A stretch of DNA of 64,000 bases, from positions 9,307 through 73,306 of the forward strand of contig CAKPMB010000002.1 in assembly GCA_934167885.1 (NCBI GenBank), given 5' to 3'. Position 1 is the stretch's first letter, and the number at the start of each line of letters is the position of its first letter. This document shows, one piece after another, positions 1-9,893 of this stretch. This DNA comes from an uncultured Bacilli bacterium. Its GTDB lineage: Bacteria > Bacillota_I > Bacilli_A > RF39 > UBA660. The notes under the pieces were generated by a model. The model made no database searches and had not been told where the DNA came from. It saw only the letters and a program-made list of their open reading frames with translations. Made by a program: the position numbers and the translations under genes.

Positions 1-5
1 CACTA

Positions 6-353
6 TCAGTCACTTACCATATTGTTGATTTTTTTAAAAATAAATTTAATACTATATTTGAGACCATCTTCAATTTTTTTAGAAATTTTAAGGGTTAACT
101 TTGTAAAATTATTACTATAATCAGCTTTTTTAACACTATAATCATTAAGAGACACATCAATACCATTTTTAAGATCTTCTTCATACTTTAAAACCATGCG
201 TTCCATCTCTTCTTTTTCCTTACGCACTCGATTATCATAATAGCCATTATTGTAAAATATATAAAGGCCAAGAAAGGAAAAAACGATAACTAACGCTAAA
301 GGTTTAAGCATTTTTTTAATATTTTTTTGCAAGAATATCACCATAGCAATCAT
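6..353 (-). CDS. small hypothetical membrane-anchored protein (start codon uncertain; an internal Met at 311 gives an N-terminal TM helix)
   Basis: ORF of 115 aa with a hydrophobic stretch LKPLALVIVFSFLGLYIF followed by a charged coiled region; no recognizable domain. Confidence 0.3.
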   Translation of the reverse strand: MIAMVIFLQKNIKKMLKPLALVIVFSFLGLYIFYNNGYYDNRVRKEKEEMERMVLKYEEDLKNGIDVSLNDYSVKKADYSNNFTKLTLKISKKIEDGLKYSIKFIFKKINNMVSD

Positions 354-1167
354 ATAATGCTAAAGCTAAAACCGCTGTCGAATTTTGAACTTCTTCTTTG
401 GTGTTGTCAACACCACCAATTTCTACTAATAAAGTATTAGGATGAAAATCTTGATTATATACTCCATTCACACCACTTCCTTGTTTTTTATAAATACCAC
501 GTGATATACCTGGATAATTTTTATTTAAATAATCATTTAATTTTTGCATTACTTTCTCGTTTTCCTGGTAGTTTTTATTTTCAAGACCTAAAACAAACAT
601 AATTTTAGCATAATTTTTATTATTGATAGAAGCCCTAGTATATTTAGATGAAACACTATCACGATGAATATCCAAAAAGAAGGTATAACTATTATCCTTT
701 AATATAGCCTTTTCTAAAATGGAACGTGATACTTTGTATGAATCTTTATTTTTAGTATCACTTACTCTATCTATAGATACATCATTTAAAATATTATACT
801 TTAATAAACCAGCTGATAGCATCATACTAGCATCTAAAACGCTTGCATCCTGATACTTTTCAGCATCATGGGTATTATATATAAAAACTTTATTAGTAAC
901 CTCTACTTTGGTTTCCGTTTTATCATTAATAAACATATAATTACTAATTAATATATCTAAATTACCCATTAGATAATTAAAGATATTAGGTTTTTCATCT
1001 TTAACCATTTTTAAATCCATACATAAATACTCAATTAAATGGCTATGACTGTTTTTTAAATTATTGGAACTTAGCCAAAAAAGCAGAAAAATAGCCAAAA
1101 TTAACATAATTATTGGCAAAATTAATAAGCGATAATTAGGGCGATGCTTCGTTTTAAATTTTTTCAT
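316..1167 (-). CDS. spoIIP: SpoIIP-family sporulation amidase-like protein
   Basis: N-terminal TM anchor; motifs VFIYNTHDAE and FLDIHRDS match the SpoIIP family signatures (IYHTH..E, DIHRD); 283 aa. Confidence 0.65.
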   Translation of the reverse strand: MKKFKTKHRPNYRLLILPIIMLILAIFLLFWLSSNNLKNSHSHLIEYLCMDLKMVKDEKPNIFNYLMGNLDILISNYMFINDKTETKVEVTNKVFIYNTHDAEKYQDASVLDASMMLSAGLLKYNILNDVSIDRVSDTKNKDSYKVSRSILEKAILKDNSYTFFLDIHRDSVSSKYTRASINNKNYAKIMFVLGLENKNYQENEKVMQKLNDYLNKNYPGISRGIYKKQGSGVNGVYNQDFHPNTLLVEIGGVDNTKEEVQNSTAVLALALYDCYGDILAKKY

Positions 1168-1201
1168 ACTTAAATATATGAAAAAATGATGAATTTATGC
1201 T

Positions 1202-1531
1202 TTATGAAGCCTTATTTTCATCATATCCTTCTGTTTCATATTCATCGCCACATTTAATATAAGCCCTCTTTTCACGCATGGACACATACCCTGTGCATTC
1301 TTCCGTAAATGTTAAGCCGTGTTCTTTTAAAGCACTAAGACCAACAACCGTTGTCTCATCCTCAAAATATGCTTTAGCATATTCAACACTACTTCTTTCA
1401 TAAGCTTGGTATTTTTCCTTTTTATTATCATTTATCATTCCTAAAATTGAAGGAATAGCAAATGACATAATTATTGTCATAAGTGCCATTGTAGCTAGTA
1501 ATTCAATTAATGTAAAACCCTTTTTATTCAT
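1202..1531 (-). CDS. type IV pilin / competence pseudopilin (ComGC-like)
   Basis: N-terminus MNKKGFTLIELLATMALMTIIMSF is a classic prepilin peptidase cleavage/methylation motif (G|FTLIE); 109 aa; no other com/pil genes nearby. Confidence 0.7.
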   Translation of the reverse strand: MNKKGFTLIELLATMALMTIIMSFAIPSILGMINDNKKEKYQAYERSSVEYAKAYFEDETTVVGLSALKEHGLTFTEECTGYVSMREKRAYIKCGDEYETEGYDENKAS

Positions 1532-1541
1532 ATATATCCTC

Positions 1542-3020
1542 CTATTTAATACGATGCACTGTTTTAGTTTCTTCTTCTAAAAAGGCCATATTATAATATG
1601 CCACAACGTCTTCGAGCATTTTATATTGCATTAAAAGGCGCATTATTGGATGAATAATCACATCATCTCGTTTATAAGCAAAATCTCTTGCATCAACAAT
1701 AAAGCGTTTATCATTATCATATATTCCAGAAACACCATCTATAGTTTGAATCTTTTCCTTGCATTCAGAAGGAATACTAATCAAACGGTTATGAACTCTA
1801 TTTGATCCTAGAAAGAAATATAATTCATTAAGCGGATCAACCGTCATTTGAGTTCCTGTAAAACCAGCCCCTGCGAATGATAGACCTGATAAGGCATGAA
1901 AAACCTCACTATACTTTAAAATAGGATGTTTAGAATATGTCATATAGCCAAAATATTGCACATACTTACTATTACCATTTTCATCATAATATTTCTTGCC
2001 ACGTCTATTTTTAACAAATTCTCTTAAAAATTCATCCGATAGAACCTCATGATTTATAATGCCCTTCATCAAAGAAGTCATATCGGAAGCTGTTGTAAAT
2101 AAACCAGCATGTCCCATTAATCCTGCATTATATTCTAAAAGGCGGGCCTTAGGATCATGCACTATTCCCTTATCAACACCACTATCAATAAAAATATGGC
2201 CATCTTTCATAACTGATGTTGCAAAGTTATTTGAAGCAACACGATTAAGTTTATAAGATGGAATCAAATAATTAGTATCAACCATCGCAAATTTTTTTAA
2301 AATAGTATCATCTAAGTATTGATAATATGACTCCTTAGTAACCGCTTCAATAACATACTTTAAAACCATAATTCCTAAATCAGTATAAGGATTTAGATTA
2401 GAGCTTGCATGATTAATAGAAACATTAAAGAAAGCTTCCATCGCCTTTTCATAAGGCATTTCATTAAGTCGACCATTAGTTATTAAAGGAACGTTAAATG
2501 ATAATAAATCTTCGATGGTAACACCTTTTAAATTAACAAAACGCTTATCATATTTTAGTATTTCATCATCTAAATTAATAAAACCTCTTTCTACTAGATT
2601 CATAATGCAAAGACTTGTAAAAATCTTTGTAATACTTGCTAAATCAAAAATAGTATCAGCTTGCATTTCATTAACATTTGGAACGATACATCCATTTTCA
2701 AGTTTTACTTCTTCACTATTTCCAACAATAATTGTCTCTTGATGCTTTGGTGTTCCATAACTCATAACAGCCCCTGAAACAATCTTTTTTTGAAGAAAAA
2801 AATCTCTTATTTCATTTTCAATACCACTTTTTTGATAAAGTTCTTCGCGCCACTTAGACATAGAAGATGCAGGAGACGCTATAATAACATCACACACAGG
2901 CTTTAACATTGTATAGTAATCTTTCTTACTAAACAAATTCTTTCTATCTTCATCTAGACTTTCATTTTGTTTTTTCATTAAATCATCAATATACTTATCT
3001 AAAAATTGTGTAAACATCAT
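1542..3020 (-). CDS. serine hydrolase, beta-lactamase / PBP4*-like family
   Basis: SxxK active-site motif in DLASITKIFTSLCIMNLVERG typical of class C beta-lactamase-fold serine hydrolases; 492 aa. Confidence 0.65.
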   Translation of the reverse strand: MMFTQFLDKYIDDLMKKQNESLDEDRKNLFSKKDYYTMLKPVCDVIIASPASSMSKWREELYQKSGIENEIRDFFLQKKIVSGAVMSYGTPKHQETIIVGNSEEVKLENGCIVPNVNEMQADTIFDLASITKIFTSLCIMNLVERGFINLDDEILKYDKRFVNLKGVTIEDLLSFNVPLITNGRLNEMPYEKAMEAFFNVSINHASSNLNPYTDLGIMVLKYVIEAVTKESYYQYLDDTILKKFAMVDTNYLIPSYKLNRVASNNFATSVMKDGHIFIDSGVDKGIVHDPKARLLEYNAGLMGHAGLFTTASDMTSLMKGIINHEVLSDEFLREFVKNRRGKKYYDENGNSKYVQYFGYMTYSKHPILKYSEVFHALSGLSFAGAGFTGTQMTVDPLNELYFFLGSNRVHNRLISIPSECKEKIQTIDGVSGIYDNDKRFIVDARDFAYKRDDVIIHPIMRLLMQYKMLEDVVAYYNMAFLEEETKTVHRIK

Positions 3021-3111
3021 TTCACATCCTTAAAATTAATACAATTTTCATAAACATCATAATTATAGCATACTACCTTCATGTTTTCTATAGTAAGATG
3101 AATTAAGACAC

Positions 3112-3141
3112 AAAAAAACCCTTAAAATAAGGGTAATTTTT
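3112..3141 (-). terminator. rho-independent terminator downstream of tRNA-His (hairpin accctta/taagggt plus T-run on minus strand)
   Basis: 7-bp perfect inverted repeat flanked by A7 (T7 on minus strand) and TAATTTTT; the hairpin could function bidirectionally. Confidence 0.5.
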
Positions 3142-3145
3142 AATC

Positions 3146-3222
3146 TGGGGCGGAATAAGGGGATCGAACCCTTGCATACCAGAGCCACAATCTGGCGTGT
3201 TAACCACTTCACCAATACCGCC
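3146..3222 (-). tRNA. tRNA-His (GUG)
   Basis: Reverse complement folds as a cloverleaf: anticodon stem ccaga/tctgg, loop ttGTGgc; extra 5' G(-1) pairing with C73 directly before CCA, which is a His-specific feature; T-loop TTCGATC. Confidence 0.85.
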
Positions 3223-3287
3223 ATAACAATGGTTATTATAGCATATATTATTTTTTAATGCAACCATTTGTTAATTATTTTTTTTAA

Positions 3288-4058
3288 TTATCGTAATACC
3301 TTTTTCAAAGACATAATAGCTCCTTTTTCAATACGTGAAACTTGAGCCTGGCTTATACCTAATTCTTGCGCTATTTCCATCTGCGTCTTACCAATTATAT
3401 ATCTCTTATCCAAAACATCACGTTCTCTATTATTTAATTCTTTAAACGCTTCTTTTAAAGCAATATTCATAATAGTATCAGCATTCTTACCATCTTCTAA
3501 CTGCTCATACAAATAAATAGTATCTCCCCCATCATTATATATAGGTTCAAATATTGATACTGGATCATACATAGATTGCGTGGCAATTACAATATCATTT
3601 TCTTTAACGCCTAATTCTTTAGCAAGAACTTCATCGCTTGGAACATATCCTAATTTATTTGTTAATAACTCTCTTAATTGCATAGTCTTATATGCTAAAT
3701 CCTTTATCGAACGACTAACTCTCAACATACTATTATCACGCAAATATCTACGTATTTCACCAGCAATCATTGGACAAGCATAGGTGCTTAATTTTAAGTT
3801 ATAACTCAAATCAAAATTATCAATAGCCTTAATTAACCCAATAACCCCTATTTGAAATAAATCATCCAAATTATCCGTTCTATTGCTATATTTTTGTAAA
3901 ATACTTAATACTAATTTCAAATTACCATTTATTAATTTTTGTTTAGCGCTCTCGTCACCACCTTGCAATCTTAAAAACAATTCTTTAGTCTCTTGTTCAC
4001 TTAAAACTTTAATATTATTAGTATTTATTCCTGAAATCTCTACTTTATGCTTTGCCAT
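3288..4058 (-). CDS. sigG: sporulation sigma factor sigma-G (SigF/SigG family)
   Basis: Near-colinear similarity by eye to B. subtilis SigG: KVEISGINT...LQGGDESAKQKLINGNLKLVLS...DDLFQIGVIGLIKAIDNFD...IAGEIRRYLRDN...DPVSIFEPIYNDGGD...GKTQMEIAQELGISQAQVSRIEK. Confidence 0.85.
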   Translation of the reverse strand: MAKHKVEISGINTNNIKVLSEQETKELFLRLQGGDESAKQKLINGNLKLVLSILQKYSNRTDNLDDLFQIGVIGLIKAIDNFDLSYNLKLSTYACPMIAGEIRRYLRDNSMLRVSRSIKDLAYKTMQLRELLTNKLGYVPSDEVLAKELGVKENDIVIATQSMYDPVSIFEPIYNDGGDTIYLYEQLEDGKNADTIMNIALKEAFKELNNRERDVLDKRYIIGKTQMEIAQELGISQAQVSRIEKGAIMSLKKVLR

Positions 4059-4063
4059 ATAAA

Positions 4064-4096
4064 AATCCTTTCAAAATTATATTGTTTGAAAGGATT
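4064..4096 (-). promoter_or_regulatory. 12-bp perfect hairpin between the murC stop and sigG start that contains the sigG Shine-Dalgarno sequence (translational block / terminator-like)
   Basis: aatcctttcaaa / tttgaaaggatt inverted repeat with a 9-nt loop; on the minus strand the 3' arm carries AAAGGA 7 nt before the sigG ATG. Confidence 0.55.
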
Positions 4097-4107
4097 AATT
4101 TTATACA

Positions 4108-5406
4108 TTATTTCTTTAATAATTCTTTATATTTATCAATCATTGGACTTATATTAGCACAACTCATAAAACATATTACAGCATCTTTATACGCTAATAA
4201 CTTTGAACACGTTGATAAATCAATCATCTCACTATTTGGAATATTTAAAACTAAACTAGTGGATGATATATTAGGGTAATCTCTGCTTGACTCACGATCA
4301 CACTTTATTTCCATTAAATAAACTTTATCGTATAAACGCAATGATTTACAAAAGTCATCAAATAAGGCTTCAGTTCTTGAATAAGTATTTGGCATAAAAA
4401 CAGCGATAACGGGTTTATGAGGATATTTTTGATGAGCTGAATCATATGTTACCCTTATTTCAGTAGGATGATGAGCATAATCATCAACCAAAACGACATC
4501 CCCAATAACTTCTTCATTAAAACGACGCTTAGCTGGATGATAATCATCTAACACTTCTTCGATTGTTTCCTTAGGAACATTATATAATATACCAATCATA
4601 ATCATGGCTAAAGCATCTCTTAACAGATGATCCCCAAACATTGGCACACTATAATGATCATAAAAATTACCATGATAATATACATCAAAATGCGTTTTAT
4701 TAGCAAATACTTGTTTATTCTTAATTACTAAATCATTGTCATCATTAAAACCATAATAAAAAACTTTCTTAATTTTTAATTTACGAATATTTTCATCATC
4801 GCCACAAGCAATAACTAAATTTTGACATTTGGAAACAAATTCTTGATATGCTTCAATCATACACTCAATATTAGGATATGTTTCAGTATGATCAAGTTCA
4901 ATATTCGTAATTACTACATTATATGGATGATATGATAAAAAATGTTTATTATATTCACATGACTCTAAAACAAATAAATGGCTATCCTTATTACCATGAC
5001 CACTACCATCACCAACAAAATAATTACAACCCTTTAATATTTTAGATATGAGCAAACTAGTTGTTGTTTTACCATGCGTTCCACATACACATATACTTTC
5101 CATATTCATTGTTAAATTGCCAATTAATTCATGATAAGGAACTATTCTGTAACCCATATCATGCATTCTTTTAACTTCATGATGTTCTAAATTAATTGCG
5201 GCTGTATAAGTAACAATTGTATCCTTTGAAAGTGTTGGCAAATTATCTTTATCATATATTTTGATTCCACGTTCTAATAAGCCACGCATCGTAAATTTAT
5301 ATTCTTTGCAATCATCATATCCGATAACTTCATTACCAAGATCATAGAGAATACTTGCAAGAGTACTCATACCCGCTCCCTTTATACCAATAAAATAATA
5401 CTTCAT
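4108..5406 (-). CDS. murC: Mur ligase family, UDP-N-acetylmuramate--L-alanine ligase (MurC-like)
   Basis: N-terminus MKYYFIGIKGAGMSTLASIL (MurC-type nucleotide-binding Gly-rich motif); TGTHGKTTTS P-loop; 432 aa. Confidence 0.75.
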   Translation of the reverse strand: MKYYFIGIKGAGMSTLASILYDLGNEVIGYDDCKEYKFTMRGLLERGIKIYDKDNLPTLSKDTIVTYTAAINLEHHEVKRMHDMGYRIVPYHELIGNLTMNMESICVCGTHGKTTTSLLISKILKGCNYFVGDGSGHGNKDSHLFVLESCEYNKHFLSYHPYNVVITNIELDHTETYPNIECMIEAYQEFVSKCQNLVIACGDDENIRKLKIKKVFYYGFNDDNDLVIKNKQVFANKTHFDVYYHGNFYDHYSVPMFGDHLLRDALAMIMIGILYNVPKETIEEVLDDYHPAKRRFNEEVIGDVVLVDDYAHHPTEIRVTYDSAHQKYPHKPVIAVFMPNTYSRTEALFDDFCKSLRLYDKVYLMEIKCDRESSRDYPNISSTSLVLNIPNSEMIDLSTCSKLLAYKDAVICFMSCANISPMIDKYKELLKK

Positions 5407-5467
5407 GGTGCCTCCTTAAAGTATTATATCAAATTCCTAAGAAGTTGTATCATCTTTTTCAAAAATT

Positions 5468-5475
5468 ATGTATAA
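5468..5475 (+). promoter_or_regulatory. extended -10 element (TGTATAAT) 17 nt upstream of the plus-strand radical-SAM gene
   Basis: TGnTATAAT consensus in the murC/radical-SAM divergent intergenic region; no convincing -35 element. Confidence 0.4.
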
Positions 5476-5491
5476 TAAATCACGGTGATTT

Positions 5492-6397
5492 ATGAAAAAT
5501 GTATTAAAAGACTGTTGTCTATGTCCAAGAAAATGTCATGTTAATAGATATATAAACAAAGGATTTTGTGGTGAAAGTGATAAAATAAGAGTAAGCCTTG
5601 CTAAACTATTTTTCTATGAAGAACCACCTATTAGTGGTCAAAACGGTAGTGGCGCAATATTCTTTTCAGGTTGTAACTTAAAATGTTGTTTCTGTCAAAA
5701 TCATGATATTTCTTTTAATAATTATGGTATAAATATCACTATTAAAAGATTAAGCGAAATAATGTTAGAATTACAAAATAAAAAGGCTCATAACATTAAT
5801 TTAGTAACACCCACTATTTATGTTCCTAAAATTATTAAAGCTGTAAAATTAGCAAGAAAAAATGGTTTAAAAATTCCAATAATTTATAATAGTAGTGGTT
5901 ATGAAAATATCGAAACAATTAAAATGTTAAATGGCATAATTGATGTATATTTACCAGATTTTAAATATTTTGATAATAGTCTTGCTATAAAATATTCAAA
6001 AGCATCAAACTATTTAGAAAACGCTAAAGCAAGTCTTGAAGAAATGTATAGACAAACTGGACCATGTCAATTTGATGAGGATGGCATGATTAAAAAAGGT
6101 TTAATTGTGCGCCACTTAATACTACCAACCCATATTAATGATACTAAGAAAGTTCTTTCATATCTTTATAACACTTACCACGATAATATTTATATGAGTA
6201 TTATGAATCAATATACACCTAATAAATATGTATCATTTGATGAATTAAACTCTCCTCTTAGTAAAAGTGAATACAATGAAATAGTTGATTATGCCGTTTC
6301 TTTAGGGATTGAAAATGCTTTCTGTCAGGAAGATGAGACTGTAAGTGAAAGTTTTATTCCATCCTTTAACTTAGAAGGTATTAAAAAAGATAAATAA
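5492..6397 (+). CDS. radical SAM protein, PflX-like (pyruvate formate-lyase activating enzyme homologue, COG1313-like)
   Basis: N-terminal CCLCPRKC cluster followed by the radical-SAM motif GCNLKCCFCQN; 301 aa. Confidence 0.55.
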   Translation: MKNVLKDCCLCPRKCHVNRYINKGFCGESDKIRVSLAKLFFYEEPPISGQNGSGAIFFSGCNLKCCFCQNHDISFNNYGINITIKRLSEIMLELQNKKAHNINLVTPTIYVPKIIKAVKLARKNGLKIPIIYNSSGYENIETIKMLNGIIDVYLPDFKYFDNSLAIKYSKASNYLENAKASLEEMYRQTGPCQFDEDGMIKKGLIVRHLILPTHINDTKKVLSYLYNTYHDNIYMSIMNQYTPNKYVSFDELNSPLSKSEYNEIVDYAVSLGIENAFCQEDETVSESFIPSFNLEGIKKDK

Positions 6398-6409
6398 GCC
6401 GATTAAAGT

Positions 6410-7255
6410 TTATTTATCTTTTTCTATCTGATTAAGACATGCTTCAATAGTATTCTCCATAAGCATAACAACAGTCATTGGCCCTACACCACCAGGAACA
6501 GGAGTTATTTTTGATACCTTATCATAAACATCGTCAAAGAAAACATCCCCATATAATTTACCATCCACGCGATTAATACCCACATCAATTAAGACAGCTC
6601 CACGTTTTACCATATCTCTTTTAATAAATTCCTTTTGACCAATAGCTACAATCAAAATATCAGCTTTTTTGGTTATTTTCGCTAAATCACGGGTTTTAGA
6701 ATGGCACATAGTAACAGTAGCATTAGCATTTATTAATAAATTCATCATTGGTTTACCAACTAAAATACTTCTTCCAACAACAACTGCGTTCTGTCCTTCA
6801 AGCAAAACGTTTTCTTTTTTTAATAAATACATAATTCCTTTAGGCGTGCAACTAACTAAGCCTTTTTTATTATTCAAAAGATAGCCAGCATTAACAAAAG
6901 TTAGACCATCAACATCTTTTTCGGGTTTTATTGTATTAACTATTAAATTTTCATCCATGCCTTTTGGAAGAGGCAATTGCACAATGATACCATGAACTCG
7001 ATTATCATTATTTAATTTATTTATAACCTCACATAAATCATGTTCACTAATTTCATCATAATGCAAATGTTGATAATTGATACCAATCTCATTAGCACAC
7101 TTTTCTTTACTTCTAACATATACACGACTTGCAGCATTATCACCAACGCTAATAACTGTTAAAGATGGCTTAATATCCATATTAGAAACTTTAGCTTTTA
7201 ATTCTTCTTTTAAAAGCTTACTATATTTTTTACCATCAATTATTTTACTTCTCAT
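6410..7255 (-). CDS. folD: bifunctional methylenetetrahydrofolate dehydrogenase / methenyl-THF cyclohydrolase
   Basis: Whole-length FolD pattern: IIDGK..., YVRSKEKC, IIVQLPLP, VVVGRSILVGKP, ITPVPGGVGPMTV; 281 aa. Confidence 0.9.
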   Translation of the reverse strand: MRSKIIDGKKYSKLLKEELKAKVSNMDIKPSLTVISVGDNAASRVYVRSKEKCANEIGINYQHLHYDEISEHDLCEVINKLNNDNRVHGIIVQLPLPKGMDENLIVNTIKPEKDVDGLTFVNAGYLLNNKKGLVSCTPKGIMYLLKKENVLLEGQNAVVVGRSILVGKPMMNLLINANATVTMCHSKTRDLAKITKKADILIVAIGQKEFIKRDMVKRGAVLIDVGINRVDGKLYGDVFFDDVYDKVSKITPVPGGVGPMTVVMLMENTIEACLNQIEKDK

Positions 7256-7886
7256 ACCGTAATTCCTTCCTTATTTGTTTACAATCTGGCATAATTTCCA
7301 TTACCAGATTCCAAAAATCTTTTGAGTGATTAGCATATATTAAATGACATAGTTCATGCACTATAACATAATCTAAATATATTAAATCCTTCCTTATTAA
7401 AGAAAGATTAAGCGTAACTTTTTTATCTTTAGTATTACATACTCCCCAACGTGTCTTCATTTCTCTTATTGTTAAACTAGGATATGGAATATCATAAGGA
7501 AAACTACGGTATATTTTATCAAGTTCCGCTTTAAAAACTATTTGAGCCTTCTTTTTATACCATTTCTTAATATCAATATTTTTGTCAATAAACACCTTAT
7601 CCTCGCCTAGAGTAATATCATTATTATTCGTATAAATAACATCATATTCCTTGCCTAAATAAAAAAACTTAGAATTATTAGCATTTTTCCTATTAACATT
7701 ATCAATCATCTTAATTAAAGCTTTTTCATTCTTTTGAAGAACCATCAAGATATATTTAGATGGCGTTAATTTATTAGCTGTTACATATATTTTTAAATCA
7801 TCCTTAACACGCATATAGATGTTCTTATTACCACTTTTTCTTGTAATGACAACATCATACTCTTTATCATTTAATTCAATTTTCAT
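7245..7886 (-). CDS. YgjP-like metal-dependent hydrolase (DUF45 / M48-like, HExxH)
   Basis: C-terminal VIVHELCHL HExxH motif and the typical ~210-aa DUF45 size. Confidence 0.6.
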   Translation of the reverse strand: MKIELNDKEYDVVITRKSGNKNIYMRVKDDLKIYVTANKLTPSKYILMVLQKNEKALIKMIDNVNRKNANNSKFFYLGKEYDVIYTNNNDITLGEDKVFIDKNIDIKKWYKKKAQIVFKAELDKIYRSFPYDIPYPSLTIREMKTRWGVCNTKDKKVTLNLSLIRKDLIYLDYVIVHELCHLIYANHSKDFWNLVMEIMPDCKQIRKELRYEK

Positions 7887-7936
7887 AACATCACTTCTTA
7901 ATTATACAAAAAAAAGAACACTATTACTAGTATTCT

Positions 7937-9256
7937 TTACTTACAAACATTATATTTGTATGAATATTGCGTTATTTCACTACCATCTACTTTAGTATAA
8001 CCATTTGGTAATGTTTCAACATAATCTGTATAATCAACAGTATCACGTTCTTGAACTTTAATAATTGCTCTACTACGATACTTAGTAATAGTAGTGCTAA
8101 TTAATTCTTGATAAGTATATGTTGTAACTGTTGGATTAGTAGAACATTTCTTAGTATATTTTTTATAGGTTGTATCATACAATAAAACATATTTACCATT
8201 AACTTTTTTATTATAAACTTTATTTAATTTAACAACTAAACCACTAGCCATATATTGTTGATAAGTGCTTGCTGTTAAATCAGCACGAACATTGGTAGAA
8301 ACATTACTACAACTTTGACCACCACCAGTTGTTTGAACATCTAAAACTTTAAGGGTATCAGATGCTGTAACAGGATTAGTTGTTGTTTTATTTTCACTCC
8401 AAGCACTTGCTACTTCACTATTAGTTTCAACTTCAAGAGTTTCATTTGGAACAATTAAAGTGTCACTCCAATCACTCCATTTGCCATAGTTAATAACAAC
8501 ATTACCAGGTGTCTTTTTATAACCTTTAAATATTACTCTTGTTTTAACTAAAACATTATCATCATTAATCTTGTTTGTTGTCCATGATGACCAATCATCA
8601 CATGATATGTTAACATTGTTATTATTTGAATTGTTAGAATTATTTGAATTATCATTTTTATCATCATCTAATGACAAACTACCATCCATCTTAGTATTAC
8701 CATTGCATGATAAACATTTACCATTTTTTAAATCATAATAGAAAACAATGTTTTTAACCTCTTCTGGACAAGTTAAATTAATGGTTAATTCATAAGCAAT
8801 ATCACTTTTTAATAATTTAACATATGTTGAAGAAGTATCATTATTACATACTTTACCATTATAATCCTTTACTTCTTGAATACCCAAATCGCTTATAGAA
8901 ACAGTTTTTTCATCTTTTTCCTTTGTAGGATAATTTTTACCTATAAAGAAATATTCTTCACTCGCTAAACGTATCTTTTCAATATTACTTTCTAAAACTT
9001 GACCATCATTTAAAACAACCGATTTCTTACCACCTTTTACTAATGAAACTAGCCATATAACAAGTAATAAACAACCAAAAACTATTAAAACTTTAATAAT
9101 AACATCTTTAAATGGAAATTTCTTTTTATCATCTTCTTCATATGGTTCACTTGCCATTTCCATACTATTATATTCATTATCATAATTTCCATTTTGATTA
9201 TCATCATAAAAATTATTATCTTCCGTAAACATCCAATATTCCCCCTTAGATGGCAC
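7937..9256 (-). CDS. hypothetical single-pass membrane protein with an N/S/T-rich extracellular region
   Basis: Acidic cytoplasmic N-terminus, TM helix VIIKVLIVFGCLLLVIWLVSLV, low-complexity NNSNNSNNSNNNN tract; no recognizable domain. Confidence 0.35.
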   Translation of the reverse strand: MPSKGEYWMFTEDNNFYDDNQNGNYDNEYNSMEMASEPYEEDDKKKFPFKDVIIKVLIVFGCLLLVIWLVSLVKGGKKSVVLNDGQVLESNIEKIRLASEEYFFIGKNYPTKEKDEKTVSISDLGIQEVKDYNGKVCNNDTSSTYVKLLKSDIAYELTINLTCPEEVKNIVFYYDLKNGKCLSCNGNTKMDGSLSLDDDKNDNSNNSNNSNNNNVNISCDDWSSWTTNKINDDNVLVKTRVIFKGYKKTPGNVVINYGKWSDWSDTLIVPNETLEVETNSEVASAWSENKTTTNPVTASDTLKVLDVQTTGGGQSCSNVSTNVRADLTASTYQQYMASGLVVKLNKVYNKKVNGKYVLLYDTTYKKYTKKCSTNPTVTTYTYQELISTTITKYRSRAIIKVQERDTVDYTDYVETLPNGYTKVDGSEITQYSYKYNVCK

Positions 9257-9275
9257 ATATTATAACATAAAAGGC

Positions 9276-9815
9276 CTAATTTGTCAATTTTTTCGTTTTA
9301 TGATCAGCAAATATGTCACTTAACACATCATGATATTCTTTATATAAATTCATTTTTATAAATAACTTTTCTTGAACATCATGTAATTCACTGACAAAAA
9401 GATGCAAATTATTATTAATATACTTCTTAGATTTTTGCTTACTTGCATTAGCTTTAGAAATAATTACTTTATTTTTTTCTATTTCCATCGTTAATAATTC
9501 AATTTTTTGACTATTAGCAAAAGTTTGCCTATCATAACTTTCAATTTCAGTTTCAAGAACACTTTGTAATGATGAACTTTCAACTTTAGTCATATATTTA
9601 AAACTATTAATAATACGTTGTGATATCATTTCAATCTTTTTTTCAATCTCTTGCAATTTTATATTTAATGAAAAATCATTTGACTTATACTTAACATTTT
9701 TCTGCATTTTACGATATGTTTTTTCATTATCTTCTTTAATTTTCTTTTCTAAATCACTTTTTGTTAATAGCAACAGATAGTGATTATTTATATCTTTTAA
9801 AATTTCTTCTTGCAT
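9276..9815 (-). CDS. hypothetical coiled-coil protein
   Basis: 179 aa, K/E-rich heptad-like sequence, no motifs recognised. Confidence 0.3.
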   Translation of the reverse strand: MQEEILKDINNHYLLLLTKSDLEKKIKEDNEKTYRKMQKNVKYKSNDFSLNIKLQEIEKKIEMISQRIINSFKYMTKVESSSLQSVLETEIESYDRQTFANSQKIELLTMEIEKNKVIISKANASKQKSKKYINNNLHLFVSELHDVQEKLFIKMNLYKEYHDVLSDIFADHKTKKLTN

Positions 9816-9893
9816 AACTACCTCACGAATATTCTCTTATTATACCATTTTATGTGAAAAAAGCAAATTCGCATTATATTTCCTAATAAAGCC

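Noticed and set aside
2059-2742. Plus-strand ORFs (65-75 aa) overlapping the beta-lactamase-fold gene; similar antisense ORFs at 3580-3783, 35271-35576, 37550-37777, 48869-49600, 51267-52010, 52222-52908, 56619-57442, 62282-62797
   Set aside because: They lie entirely inside long, well-supported genes on the opposite strand, have low-complexity hydrophobic translations typical of AT-rich antisense frames, and have no RBS; treated as spurious.
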